DNA of 46,051 nt, filler included, from Sphacelaria rigidula (lineage: Eukaryota), in NCBI GenBank assembly GCA_964200075.2. It is 2 parts of 2 records of this genome, joined end to end, with 100 filler letters (N's around TTAATTAATTAA, not from the genome) between each part and the next. Parts side by side here need not be neighbours in the genome. Positions count along the whole stretch, not along the records: positions 23,079 to 46,051 come from CAXNAA020000296.1; 1 more part is not named here. One strand, given 5' to 3'. The notes below the pieces were generated by a model that worked only from the letters and a program-made list of their open reading frames with translations, did not search any database and was not told the origin of the DNA. How positions within the stretch are numbered: the first letter of the stretch is position 1; each line of letters begins with the position of its first letter. Shown here piece after piece: positions 25,075 to 37,357 of the stretch. Both the position numbers and the translations under genes were made by a program.

Positions 25075-26966
25075 GTATGAGCGGGCGAACGGCGGAAATT
25101 GAACCAAAGGGGGCACATGCGCGAAGCAGGAACACGCCGTACGTGGGCATACGCAAACGAATCTCATGTGTTCAGTTCGCTTGAGTTTAGATTACTGGGC
25201 TGCTGTTCATGGTGTCTGTTCTTTTACTCAAATTTAGAGATGACATTTGAGTTCTGTGCAGCGTCCCATAACTGGTTGCGGTTCTAGTGTATATTGGGCT
25301 GACTTATGTTTGGTCTTTCTTCGTCTACGCGCCCGGTAGTTTGAAAGCTTCGCCCGGTGAAATGCGGAAAAGGTGGTGTTCCTATCGAGCTGCCGCCGCT
25401 GTCCAAGCTTGAGCCGTGATCGGCGTGCTCGTACCGGTCACTATTTTTATATTTCTTCTCGAGCGTGTCGGAACCCATGCATGCACGAGCGATGATGACT
25501 CTACGATGCAGTCTTGCCACAGCGTCGTTCGGGCTGGTGCTTTTTTCTTTCCGTGAGGCAAGATCGTGACAGTCGCGATGACCCACGTACTTCTTCATAC
25601 TCGGCGTTTTACCCTATCTCGAGCGCAGCCAGTAATGCAGCTTCTTCAGCTGTAGTACTCTCTGTTGATCAGTGTACAGCTGACGTCGCCGCATATTCTT
25701 TTTTGCCCAGGGCAAACTTGCTAGAGCGTGTCAGTTGTGTGATAGTTGCCCGCACTTCATCCTGGGAGTGATTATCTTCGCGTGCGTTGACCCCTGCCAC
25801 GCTCGCGGAGTCATCCCTGGATCGTGATTGCCGAGAGTTGGTTCTCCTGTCCTTCATGGCGCTGAACCGAAAGTTACACTCGTACCGCTCCGATGAGGTG
25901 CGTCACAGCCCGAGCTCCGGTTCAGTTTCGCCGTGTTTTTCTAGTTCGGCGCCCGTTCTGAACAGCAAGATGCAAATACAAGTGCATGGTGCATGGCCAA
26001 GTCTGATACTTTCTTCCTGTAACGGAATGCATGGCTAGCAGTGAAATATGTACATGATTCGGGTGCCATCGAATCCCAATCAATGAAGGAGGGACTTCTG
26101 AGTCCTGCACCTTGAGGGCGCGTCCCATCATTTCCGTGGGTATGTTGACGATCTAGCGAAACAGTGCGGCGGAATCGATTTGATCGAATTTGATAGTGCC
26201 GAAGTCCAAGATGACGGAGGGATTCACGAACCGAAGCGGTGCTTGACACGAGAGGCTGAGATTGTCTTCATACTGAGAGGCGTAAAAGAAGTGATCTACG
26301 TTCGGTACGGAGTGCAGTGCTGTCTGTTTTCTGTACTACTGGCGTGGTGGTCCCGGAGGAAGTCAGGTTCCCGTCTGTGTCTTTTTGCCGCATGTTTCCG
26401 ATTGGAACACACCCAAAATTCATTTTTTGGTGTTATCCGATGTCGATCCCGAGTCTTGCGCTGTTCCTTGAGCTTCAACATGATCCTGTACCAAACGGTG
26501 ATCGTTTCGAGAACGAGCTCTGGTACGAATACGTGTTCTCTGGCGTTGCCACACTCGGGTCTCGGCTCACCATGGAGTCTGATTTGTGCATGCCGCAGGA
26601 TCAGTCGCGTTGCTCAGCACCTCTCAGACGCATGCTTGGAGGAAGATGGCCTCTCCATCCCATAACCTCTCGCCGGAATATATGTGTGTGTGGTGTGGCG
26701 TGCCTCATGCCGTCTAATCTGGACACCGCCTTATACCTTGCGGTGTGTTCGATTGCACTTTGAGGTGGCACTGGCGGAGAGTAACTCGAGGTTTTGTAAC
26801 CTGACTGATACGCCACCTGTCTTGACCGCTCATTTGCGTACGGGGAAGTACAACCTCGACAACAGACGAAAGATACCACGATAACCGAGTGGTGAACGAG
26901 TCGCTGATGTACCGGTGTAGAACATCGCAACTGAAATATTCTCCCCCAACCCACAACCGCATGCAG

Positions 26967-27284
26967 GTCACCGTGGCCTACAAAGAAGAAAACGGGCGTA
27001 TGGTGCCGCAGCGAGTACACACTGTTGTCATCTCCACCCAGCACGATGACGACGTGTCGAACGAGAAGATCAGGGCCGATCTCCTGGAGCACGTCATCAA
27101 GCACGTCGTACCAGAGAAGTACCTGGACGATGACACGATCTTCCACCTGAACCCTTCTGGCCGCTTCGTCATCGGTGGCCCCCACGGTGATGCTGGCCTG
27201 ACCGGCCGCAAGATCATCATCGACACGTACGGAGGATGGGGCGCCCACGGCGGTGGAGCGTTCTCCGGAAAGGACCCCACCAAG
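26967..27284 (+). CDS. MAT: S-adenosylmethionine synthetase, exon 2
   Basis: Acceptor [54 protein letters not shown] signature; donor AAG|GTAACA; 318 nt. Confidence 0.97.
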
Positions 27285-27351
27285 GTAACAGCAAGCGTGA
27301 AGAAAGATGAAAGACTTGGAGTGTATCCGTCGCGTACTCACGTCTTTTTTA

Positions 27352-27640
27352 GGGTCTTGCCATTCACGTCCACGTTGACGCAATCTGTTACAACCGTCAG
27401 TGTTCAGCATCCCCGTAAGCCCCGCATGATGCATGGTGGCATGCCACAAGAGTGCCCTCTCTGCCATGAGCATGTATCTCATCCGTTACGGGTCCGTTTG
27501 CTCCGTGCGATGGCTTGAACTAGAGCTAGAGACTGTGAGTGTCTTCCAGGTATTGCTGTATCCATGCGGGGCTCGTGGGACGGATGCTGAACATTGACGG
27601 ATGTAACAGATCGTCAACGTTGACGTGAATAGCAACACCC
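27352..27640. mobile_element. MITE-like element flanked by TA in MAT intron 2
   Basis: Imperfect ~75-bp inverted arms GGGTCTTGCCATTCACGTC... and ...GACGTGAATAGCAACACCC; TA on both sides. Confidence 0.7.
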
Positions 27641-27643
27641 TAA

Positions 27644-28816
27644 GAGCTGGGCCAGCCTAAACGCGGATTTAAGCTCTAAACGCAATATCTCATCTATACA
27701 GACGAGTTGGGCCGTGACCCGCATATCGTATTAATCGTCTAACCAAGGGGAATGTGCNNNNNNNNNNGTTTGGGCCCACATTTTCTCGTTGATAAAACCC
27801 CATGTCTGGTAATTCCTATACATAACCGAGGTGGCTTCCATACTAAAATCTCCATGAGACCCCCGATCGATGCACTGAGCGGATGACGACGAATTTTGAT
27901 GTGGACGTTCTCTGGAGCAAGGGGAGACGATAGGTACCCTCACCATCAGCTAACTCGTCATATATCCCGAAATCTGGCGCACATAAGTTTCCATACTAAA
28001 ATCAAAATATTACGAGCAGAGGCACTGGATGCCCTTAGTCTGGACATTGCGTCTCTTTTTTTTAGGGCTATTCGATATAATTTCGTGTACTGGACCGCTA
28101 GTGCGTAATGAAATATAATAAAACGGCTTGCTAACTTTTCTCATTTTTCATTTTTTTCTTGTTTTCAGTGGAGATTTGAGGGAAAATGAACGTCGCTCTT
28201 GGGCCTTATCGCACTGTTGTAGCTCAATTTCTAGAATTGCGATTTGAAAATTAGTATGGTGAACCACGAAAGTGTGCCAAAAAAAACAAGAATGGGCCTT
28301 GACTCTTTTTCCGCAGAGGCTTAGACGTTCTGACAACAGTGGAACGCCCTGAACCAGTGAATGAAAATGAAAAGAATCAACCTAATCCACTTTTTTTGTC
28401 AATTATGCCCTAGAGAGCGCCCACGCCGAATTTCAATACACGAAAACCAAACGTGAGCTGATGAGTGGCCTGCGAAATACTGTTTCGAATTTCTACCGAC
28501 CCGGTTTTTGATGGGCCCATGCTCGTTTATACATTCAGCGTTGGGCCCTGAAATTTGGTATGGACAAGTCATTGGGCATGAGAAAAAAGATATTGAATAC
28601 CAAAAGTTTTTTTATTTCATGAGTTGAGGGCATTTTGGTGATATCCGAAAACCGATTATTGCCCTTAACTCATGGAAAAAAAAACCTCTTGGTACTTCAG
28701 TATTTTTTTTCTCATGCCCTATGCACTGTCCATACCAAATTTCACGGCCCAACTCTAGATGTATAAAAGAGCATGGGCCTGTAAACTTGAAATCCGCCTC
28801 TAGGCTGGCCCAGCTC
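27644..28816. mobile_element. Non-autonomous TIR element in MAT intron 2 with an internal foldback (28513-28779)
   Basis: Perfect 16-bp inverted ends GAGCTGGGCCAGCCTA / TAGGCTGGCCCAGCTC; a similar end recurs near 32281-32300; no clear TSD. Confidence 0.6.
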
Positions 28817-28995
28817 GTATTTTTTACTATTCGGTCACACCTGTTCCGCCGACCGGAAAAACGGTCACCCTTTTGATGTCCCCTTTGTAACAACTATGTT
28901 CAACTTTGTGGAATCAGTCGCTCGTTTTTCACTTTAACTGTGTCAACCTCCCTTCCCCCCCCCCCCTCCGCCCCCTGCCTTCGCCATATTGTAAG

Positions 28996-29134
28996 GTGGA
29001 CCGTTCCGCCGCGTACGCTGGACGCTGGGTGGCGAAGTCTTTGGTGAATGCCGGCCTCTGCCATCGTGTCCTCGTCCAGCTGTCTTACGCCATTGGTGTG
29101 CCATACCCGCTCTCCATTCACGTCGACACCTTCG
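28996..29134 (+). CDS. MAT: S-adenosylmethionine synthetase, exon 3
   Basis: [17 protein letters not shown]...VQLSYAIG...VDTFG continues SGKDPTK; acceptor GTAAG|GTG, donor G|GTGAGA (phase 1); 139 nt. Confidence 0.95.
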
Positions 29135-29676
29135 GTGAGATTCGTACATGTACTCCCAGTTTTGGGTATTGTTCATGTCTGTTGGTGTACCGCATGGATA
29201 TTGCAGAGCAGGTTACAGGATGGTTTAGGGTGAACGACCCGAATTTACTCTCCATGAGGTGTTGAATCTTTCCTGCCAAATACCTGGGGTCACTATAGGG
29301 GGGGTGAAACCTTCTGGGTCCACGACGCACATCACCAGCGTAAATTCGCTGAAATACCATGGTTTGGGGGTATAAAACCTGCTCTGTGCGTTTGATTCCC
29401 TAGCTGATATTGGTCACCGATTTCTTGATTCTCGGATGAGATCGAGCGCAAGCTGAGTCGTCGCGTCAATTTTGAGGATTCACCCCGAATCGATCTGTTC
29501 CCTCGTGCGTTGGTTGTGTCGAACTTCGGTCATGCACGATGTAATACCAGCGCTCGGGCGACGACGTCTTTTGCCCAGTGAGTGTAGGTGAAGAATCCCC
29601 CCTGACGGCACTCCGGTCGTGAACTTTTACTCAACACCTCGTGCTGCTCCATGACACGCCTTGGTAACTTGAACAG

Positions 29677-29876
29677 GCACTGCGAAGACTCGCTCCGGTA
29701 AAACGGACGAGGATATCGTGGAGATCATCAACAACAACTTCGACCTTCGCCCCGGATGCCTAGTGCGCGATCTCCAGTTGCGTAGGCCCATCTTCCAAAA
29801 GACAGCAGTGTACGGTCACTTCGGCCGTGAAGATGCCGACTTCACATGGGAGCAGCCCAAGGAGCTCACCATTTAA
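29677..29876 (+). CDS. MAT: S-adenosylmethionine synthetase, exon 4 (terminal)
   Basis: Not in the ORF track; read by hand. Acceptor AACAG|GC; NFDLRPG...[14 protein letters not shown]...[14 protein letters not shown] at 29874-29876. Confidence 0.95.
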
Positions 29877-31711
29877 ATATTATGCGTAGTGCGTACACAG
29901 TGCGAGAGGTCTGATAAGCTGTTCTGCCCTTGGTTTCTTGGTCGTGTTCCACGAAAGCCTCCTTCGTACGGTTGCTTTTGAGAGCGTTTCGCAGGATTGA
30001 GAGGTGCAACGAACCTTTCGTAGCAGTGCTTACTTGTGTGTGTGTGGGAAAGTTGTTCTCCTTCCCCACCCATCTTCTCGGCTGTTATACTTCGCCTGTT
30101 TTTTTAGGTAGCGGTAGCAAGCCCCGCCTCCTCTCTTTGCTTCATTCCCTCGTCTTCTTTGCCCCGTTTCCCCATGATCCGTAAACATTGTGGTAAGGAG
30201 TATTATGTGTTGGCCCGCAGCTTTGTTGAGAGTAGTCATGATACTGGCTATGTCGAAACTTGGCGTCGCCAGCGGCACACGACTATGTGGTCGATACTTC
30301 GATCCGGATTTGCAACATGGGCAAAACGTTGTGCTGAAAACTGGGTAAGGAGTAGATTGTTTTGAGAGGTTCGGTTTCGAAGCCCCCGCTATTCGTTAGG
30401 ATCTAACCCTCCTGAGAAGCATCCGCTTCCGCTATTTGTTGTTGATGAAAGCGGAGTTTTGTGTGACGTGGTTGTGCGCAGCATCCGAAAAACAGGTTAG
30501 TTGGTCGTGAAAAGACTGGTCCCAAATTGTGTCGGGAAGACTTGGATGAATAACATGTGAAATGCTTGTGCTGCTGTGTGTGAGATGGTAACACAAATCT
30601 ACCTCAGTTTGTTTATATGTTTTTGGAAGCCATGGCGTCCTCGTCGCCGTGACTAGGGTGGGGCTCCTCTTTTTCGGATTTGTCTTGAAAGTCAACTGCC
30701 CATACCAGACGACACGGAAGACTAACAAAAATTCTCGAGATATTTTCAACCCAACTCGATGATTTCGCTCGGGTTTGCCGATGACTATATCCCTGTCGTC
30801 TCGATTATTGTGGGTGTTCTCATTTGCCTCACGTGACGCACGTTGACGTTCTGCCCGAATGACGGTACTCCTAGGCAACGCGAACACGATGTATTCCAGA
30901 TGAAAAAATATGTGAAAACAACCCCTGTGTGTGCACCAGTGTTCCAGGCAACGGAAGAGACACCCGTGTTGTTTTTTCGGCCCCTAAGCTATCTGGCAGT
31001 GCCGGATGACAGTTGGAAAAACCACACCAAACGTCCAATTTTATGACTGTACAGATCAGGGGCGCATCTGAGGCAAGCGCCAAGCAGTTCGTAACAAGTG
31101 AAGACTGAAGAATTATCTCTAGACCGACCAATATCCGCGAAATATACCAGCAGAATGGTTTCAAGTCATGCACCATTCACGGAGAACGTGAGGTGAAACC
31201 CGCAGATTAACCCATCGAGTTCGTCCACATGGGAACCCCCAACCGTTCAGACCAGTGGAAGCTCCATCTGTAATCAGCCACATGACCGAACATGACTGTG
31301 CTCAAAAGGGGAAACTCTACCACACAGTATAATGCCGAGCCCTCTATTCTTCCGAACACGCTACATTTGTCCTCTAGTTAGGCGAGCCAAGAGGAGGTGT
31401 GCATCTTGCTCGAGCAACATACGGTATGATACCGAGAGTTGGACGCTGACATTTTGACAGCAGCTGTCCACGATGGAAATCCAGCAAAGTAGGGGACGAG
31501 GAAGGAAGAACGGAATAAAACGTCATGGGAATTTGACGCTTCAGCAGACACAAGAAAATGCCACAGTGCTCCTCATCTATCGAAAACAACAAAATTTGTT
31601 GGAAACAGCATTTTTGGCACTTCTCTGTCGTTCTTGCCCCGGAACATGGGCAACGCGGCAGTTGACACCTTGGAATGACATGCCGTACTCGCCGAGACGG
31701 TTTCTGAACAC

Positions 31712-31883
31712 CTTTGCATTTGTCGCGTAGGTCACGGTTTCGTTTCATGTCAAACTTACATCTTCAATAACAGTGAAGTTATCGAAAGAATGTCAGCTTC
31801 CCCTATGTTTTCAGGTAACTTGACTGTTATTGAAGATGCAAGATTGGCATGAAACGAAACCGTGACCTACGGCAAACGCAAAG
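31712..31883. repeat. Inverted repeat (MITE-like hairpin)
   Basis: CGTAGGTCACGGTTTCGTTTCATG (31726-31749) pairs perfectly with 31848-31871; pairing continues imperfectly inward. Confidence 0.85.
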
Positions 31884-32336
31884 ATGCACTTTTCGACAAA
31901 TTTTATTTTTCGATTAATGAGAATCTGCACCTGGACTCGTGCAATATCAGCTCCTTGGGTGCAGAGGGTGTTCATGGAGTTTCAGCTAAACTCGTCGAAT
32001 TGGGCCGTGCGTTCAACATTTTACGTGACGCTGCTGCACCCCTACAAATAATCAAGTGACGGCAGATTACATGGAGGTCACGAGTTCGAATCCCGACAGA
32101 CTCTCTTTTTTCTTCATCCGTAATACATTATGCAGTTCATGTTCTTCAGCTTTTTTCTTCATCCAGCGGCGGTGCCGTGTGTCACCAGGCTGGCCTACAC
32201 TTCACAGCGACGTGTTTACATCGGGTTCATTCTGTAAATTGGGGAAGCTGTGGTGTGAGCATGCAAGTTTCACCAGATTTTAAGCTGGCCCAGCTCGTAT
32301 CAGTATCCCCCGTAATGACGGGATTTCACCCTGTGC

Positions 32337-32444
32337 GGGAAATGGCAATGCTTCTTCCACAGCACCCTGAGCAACGACACATACATACACAGAATCACAT
32401 CTGGATAGGGCAAGGATGCTGTGGAAGAAGCATTGCCATTTCCC
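32337..32444. repeat. Hairpin with a perfect 28-bp stem
   Basis: GGGAAATGGCAATGCTTCTTCCACAGCA (32337-32364) is the reverse complement of 32417-32444. Confidence 0.9.
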
Positions 32445-32811
32445 CTTCGTGAAGATGTCAGAGCTTATGACGGTTGCCGATGTTCGTCCCTGGAAGAATG
32501 TTTACTACTGGTAATGTATAATACCCTATTATTACTACATGGACAGCTACAATTTAGCACAACCCTGGGCACCGTGAAAGGCTTAGAGCGATCCGCACGA
32601 GGGTGGAAACGACGGGGGGCAGGGAAGGGGGATAAATATGATCTTCCATGCTGCCGCAGCCACATCGCCTTCCTTTGGAGCCGGGACGGAGCATACTTAT
32701 TACCTGGTTTTCGCCGGGAAGGGGGCAAGGTCGGGGAAAAAATGCGGTCGAAAGTAACTACCTATATTATAATATATACTTACATAATATAAATTTAATT
32801 AATTAATTAAT

Positions 32812-32850
32812 TGGATGGATGGATGGGTGGATGGATGGATGGATGGATGG
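32812..32850. repeat. (GGAT)n microsatellite
   Basis: Visible tandem run preceded by (TTAA)n. Confidence 0.9.
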
Positions 32851-33529
32851 TCATTTGATTTATTTATTTATTTTGAGCAAGTGAAAGACAATATATAGGT
32901 CGCGAGAAAAAATGGGCCATGAAAAAACCGGGGTCTGGGGAGGGTGAACGAAACCAGAGGGGAAAATGGGGTCGAGAATAATTTTTTCTTCAGATCGCGA
33001 GGGTAACTTACTTGTCCATCTGCATCACTTTCCCATGAGGATCTCAATACCCGACAACAGTATCCTCACGTCGGAGATGCCCTTCCAGAATCTGGGGGCT
33101 TACGAGTGAGTACGAGCATACACACAAGCCGGTTCAGGCTGAAGGACTGGACTTCAACTCCCCGGCAATCCTTCAGGCCGTTTCTTCGAATTGGATCCTG
33201 AACTTTGCACAACTCCCTTCAAAATCGATCGTCGTAAAAACGACAACCCTCCAGCACATACGGGGACCCGCGTCGTCTACATTCTGGATTCTGGTACAGT
33301 TTCGGCCAAAAATACCTCAAATTGGGCGCGACATCGCACTTTTCGTGTGATACGGTTGCGCACTTTGAATTCAAGTTATACAGGAGACTCCAATTATGGA
33401 GGTCCATGAGTTTGAAGCCCGACAGATTATCTTTTTTTTCCGCCTGCCGTTAAGGTGATATACTATGCAGTATACTTGAAGGGCATATATATTCCCAACA
33501 GTGAAGAGCGACTGTGTCGTGGGTACACA

Positions 33530-33750
33530 ATATTCGACTCGACGCTCGACGAGGGAAAACAGAGTGCTGAACCCCTCTCGCGATAAAAAGTAAGAGGCAA
33601 GCACCGCAGAAAGAAGGTGGGGTACTAAAAACAAAAAAAAGGAAAAAACCCTGTGTTAACGTTCCTCGTGTGTGACCCCGGCTGGTGCGCGAACATATAT
33701 CGAAAGGTGTAGACCGGCGTCCAGAATGGTGGGGACAACACACACATACA
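33530..33750 (-). repeat. Dispersed retroposon-like repeat, inverted relative to 34730-34945; ends approximate
   Basis: Shared GCCGGTCTACACCT...GCGCACCAGC...TCACACACGAGG...CCCTCGTCG. Confidence 0.65.
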
Positions 33751-34729
33751 TATTTCTTGTCCGCTCTGTCTCCATTGTAATGCGGAAGAGGACCGCGTGC
33801 TTAATGGCCCGCGGCGTAGTTCGAAATAAGTCGGGACCGACGCTTTTCAAAACCAATCGGGCCAGTCCTTGCAATGCGACCACGCCTTGACGAAAATCGA
33901 GTAGTCTGGTGGGCTTTGCGGGGTTCACATAACATTCACTTCTGCTACTTGCCCGCTCTGACCCGACGGCTTCAGGTCTCCATGCCACGGACCTCTCTCC
34001 ACGGCAGCTGACCGCATTCGACAATGTTTGCGTGAGATTGAGAGTGTAGGATCCGATTGAGAGTGAGAGAGGTCAGTGAGTGAAGGAATCGTTTCAGTTC
34101 CAATATGCCCCTCCACGAGGCCGGTATTCTTCCTGTGGTAGCTCGCCACCGAGGCCCTTGACATCCCCGAGCAGGATACCGGCGTGTAGCTGTAAGGACA
34201 CACCGGCGACGGAGGCAAAGAAAAGCACACGCGGGATGGAAAAATGCCCAAATCAGAGGAATTACGGAAGCCTCCCTCAATCAGCGCTCTACTCTCGATG
34301 TCACGAAAACACTTTCATCGGCCAACGCTCGTTCGGCAATAAACCAGGGGGCAGACGGCTGGGTGTTGATTCCCCCCCCCCCCCCCCCCCCCCCCCCTTT
34401 TTTCCTCCCCCTCCCCCAGCGCCGGGGCAGACGTCGACACAAACACCCAACACAACCAACCCCACCANNNNNNNNNNTGCGTGGTCAATGGTCAAACGAC
34501 CAAGACAAGCAACAACTGAGTACGCCCTCCCCCTCCCCCAAAGGCAAAATTTCGATCGCGGTGTCACCTTGACCACCATTTATCTTGATGCCACCAGGAT
34601 ATGCTCGAAAATACGGCAAAGACTGTCCTGTGGATTTGCGTTGAAGAAATTTCACGCGGAAGTGCCCATGACCACTTCGTGAGCGAACATAGAACACCTC
34701 ACTTCCATCGTGCGCATGAGTCAGTACCC

Positions 34730-34945
34730 CGTGTATGCGTGTGTGATGTCCTACTCATAATGGATGCCGGTCTACACCTCGGTAAGTGTGGGCGCACCAG
34801 CTGGGTTCACACACGAGGGAGGTCAACACAAGAGCGTTTCATTCTCCATATTTCTTGGAGGTTACCTTTCTTTTGCGGTGTTCGCCCGTAGTCCTTCATC
34901 ACGAGGAGTTCCGCAGTCCCTTCCCCTCGTCGGCTGTCGAGGCGA
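34730..34945 (+). repeat. Dispersed retroposon-like repeat, second copy; ends approximate
   Basis: Reverse complement of 33530-33750. Confidence 0.65.
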
Positions 34946-36686
34946 ACGCGTGTAACCTCGTAATCAAGATATTAAATGTCCGAAACAAATCATCTCTGCA
35001 CTCAGCATTTCGCGACTCACAGACTGACCAGTTCCCAAGGAGCCTGCGACTAACCGGCCCCAGATTGTGACTCTTCAGGTATACTTACTCGATTGAAGCG
35101 ATTCCGCTCATTCTCGTGAATAAAATCGAGGAGTGTATTATTATCGTTGCTCTTCACCGTCCACGTCGCCAGGAGATGAAGGGTGTGGATAATACGCTTG
35201 ACAGCAGCCCATTTTCCACGGGGTCTGCTTGAGCGCCTCCGCAACTTGCGTCGGTTTTACATGACTGTACGGTACGTTACTCGGGAGTGAAGGAGGCATC
35301 TCACACAAGCTGCAACCTGACCATGCTACACTCTGTCGATGGTGTTTTGGCATTGTCCCAAATCATCCTTTATACATCGTCGTAATATGCGGCGTTCAAT
35401 GTTACGAAAAGTCACGAACGGCCACGGCATTAATACCCACAAGTAACTTAGCGACCCTTCGCATCGCCACCGACTGCATCGGACCGGTGAATTTGATGCA
35501 GAAATCTTCGAATCCCCCAACCGTCATCTTCTCGCCGTGTAGCTTATACTTCAGTACTGTCAACACATCCACGATGGTCATGGCGGTTCCTGTATGAAAA
35601 AATCGATGGTGCATTTCTGCCCTGATTTAGGTCAACGGTTGTGCTGGGACATGACCATACACCTGCTCGTTTCAGCATCATGTCTTCTAGGTTACTGGTG
35701 CAGACAGTTGGGTGTCGTGGATGCCACGTACACATGTCAAACTTCACGTTTTGATGGTCGCCACACCCGACCAGAACTCGAGGGAGGTCGCAGTTCCTTT
35801 TTTACCCTGTTCGTTACCGTCAAGTTGTCTTTTTTCTCATCCCGTGCTTCGAAGACTTAGATTTTGGTCGGAAGAGGGACCAATTGGCAACACAAGTTAG
35901 ACGGGGTTCCTTCTTTGACCATTCGCACGTTGGGGGTGGAGAACTGTCATCGACAGGACCCTCCGACAGTTCGACGATGGGCATACACCGCGCGTTAAAG
36001 CGGTTCACGACCACAATTAATGCCGTCATAATATGTACAGTCACCCCGACGGCACCCCCTACCCCCACCCTCCCGACTCGAACGTTCGACTCCACCACTC
36101 GTTCCGCCCTGCTTTGTACATAGTCGTGCCCTCGATCTGTCCAGCCCTCGGCGAATGTCACACCGTGCGTTGAGAGGATTGAGAGTTGACAGAGTTTGCT
36201 GACGTGGGTCAGGGTTCAAATCAGGATGAGTTGTCAGGAATTAACTCGCTTCCCATCACCGAGAACTACTCCTGCCCAACTAGCACACGAAGCAAGGCCC
36301 ACCTCCCGTATCACGAGGTGGAAAGTACGTTGGCGTATACCATCGACACAACCTCATTACTCTCCCGTCACCTCCCATTTCGAAAATGGGAGGTGTCCCC
36401 CTTCCCCCATTCCGACTCGACAAGACGTTCCCCAACCCCCATTTGATATCAACCTCATGCAAAAAAACTAGTAAACGTGACAGAAGGCGGTTCTTATCCT
36501 GGTACAAATTTGCCGCCGCGAGAGATGAAAATTGCGAGTGCAGATACTTCATTTAACCTTCTGGCGAGAACGCGCGCTAATGAGTCCCGAAATCAGTGAG
36601 TTACCGCCTTCATCACCGCGAGATGAACCAAGGACGCCGATTCAATACAAGTGTGTGGCCATCACTCCTACTAGAGGGCCTTCTAC

Positions 36687-36857
36687 TCATAGGTCCTCGA
36701 CCACAGTCCCATCTGCATTGCCAGGCGCCTCTTCTGTCTCTCCCTGGTCTGATGTCCACAGCGTAAGGTTATCACGCAGTAATTGCATGATGAGGGTAGA
36801 GTCTTTGTAGGACTCCTCCGAAAGAGTATCCAGCTCTGCGATCGCGTCGTCGAATGC
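36687..36857 (-). CDS. 14-3-3 protein, exon 5 (terminal)
   Basis: [37 protein letters not shown] signature; acceptor CACAG|GCA; TGA at 36689-36687. Confidence 0.96.
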   Translation of the reverse strand, partial: AFDDAIAELDTLSEESYKDSTLIMQLLRDNLTLWTSDQGETEEAPGNADGTVVEDL

Positions 36858-37155
36858 CTGTGGGCGTACAAGCGGCATGATGTCACAGTGTGTTATCTTG
36901 AGACCATTCGTACAGTGCCGAGAGTAGGATGCACAGATGACAAAAACAGTGGTCGAGTGTGGTAAGCAAAGCACCAACCCTAGGTTGAATCGCTTCGCGG
37001 AAAGATTTCAGCTGGGATACAATATCAAACTCGTCGGATGGGCCCGAGATGTTACAGACTTCATGGAGGGAGTGGGACTCGCCGTATCTGCACGAGACAC
37101 ATCCTGATATGAGCGAAAGACCCGGCATATGCAACGCAAAACAGTTTCAACTTAC

Positions 37156-37357
37156 CGCCTTCGCCAGGTTGCATGCCCGCTCGGGCGAGTTGAGGATCTC
37201 GTAATAGAAGACGGAGAAGTTGAGTGCAAGACCCAATCGGATAGGGTGGGTCGGGGGTAGGTCTTGGTTCGCCAACTCCGAAGCAGACTGGTACGCGTCG
37301 AGGGCGTCGGAGGCGCTGGTTTTCCTGTCGTCCGCTGACTGGAACTCCGCCAAGTAC
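37156..37357 (-). CDS. 14-3-3 protein, exon 4
   Basis: YLAEF...[35 protein letters not shown]; acceptor AACAG|G, donor GCG|GTAAGT; 202 nt. Confidence 0.96.

Noticed and set aside
25491..25684. Intronic C/D-box snoRNA in MAT intron 1
   Set aside because: ATGATGA is present, but the nearest CTGA is about 190 nt away and there is no terminal stem.
26601..27482. 293-aa minus-strand ORF
   Set aside because: Antisense shadow of MAT exon 2.
24538..30600. MATX paralogue, SAM riboswitch or MAT2A-type UACAGAGAA hairpins
   Set aside because: The 397-aa protein has canonical MAT motifs without evident MATX insertions. I saw no UACAGARAA or riboswitch consensus by eye; an Infernal search was not run.
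32355..32363. Resemblance to plant miR396 (UUCCACAGC)
   Set aside because: Only 9 nt match, and brown algal miRNAs are not homologous to plant families.
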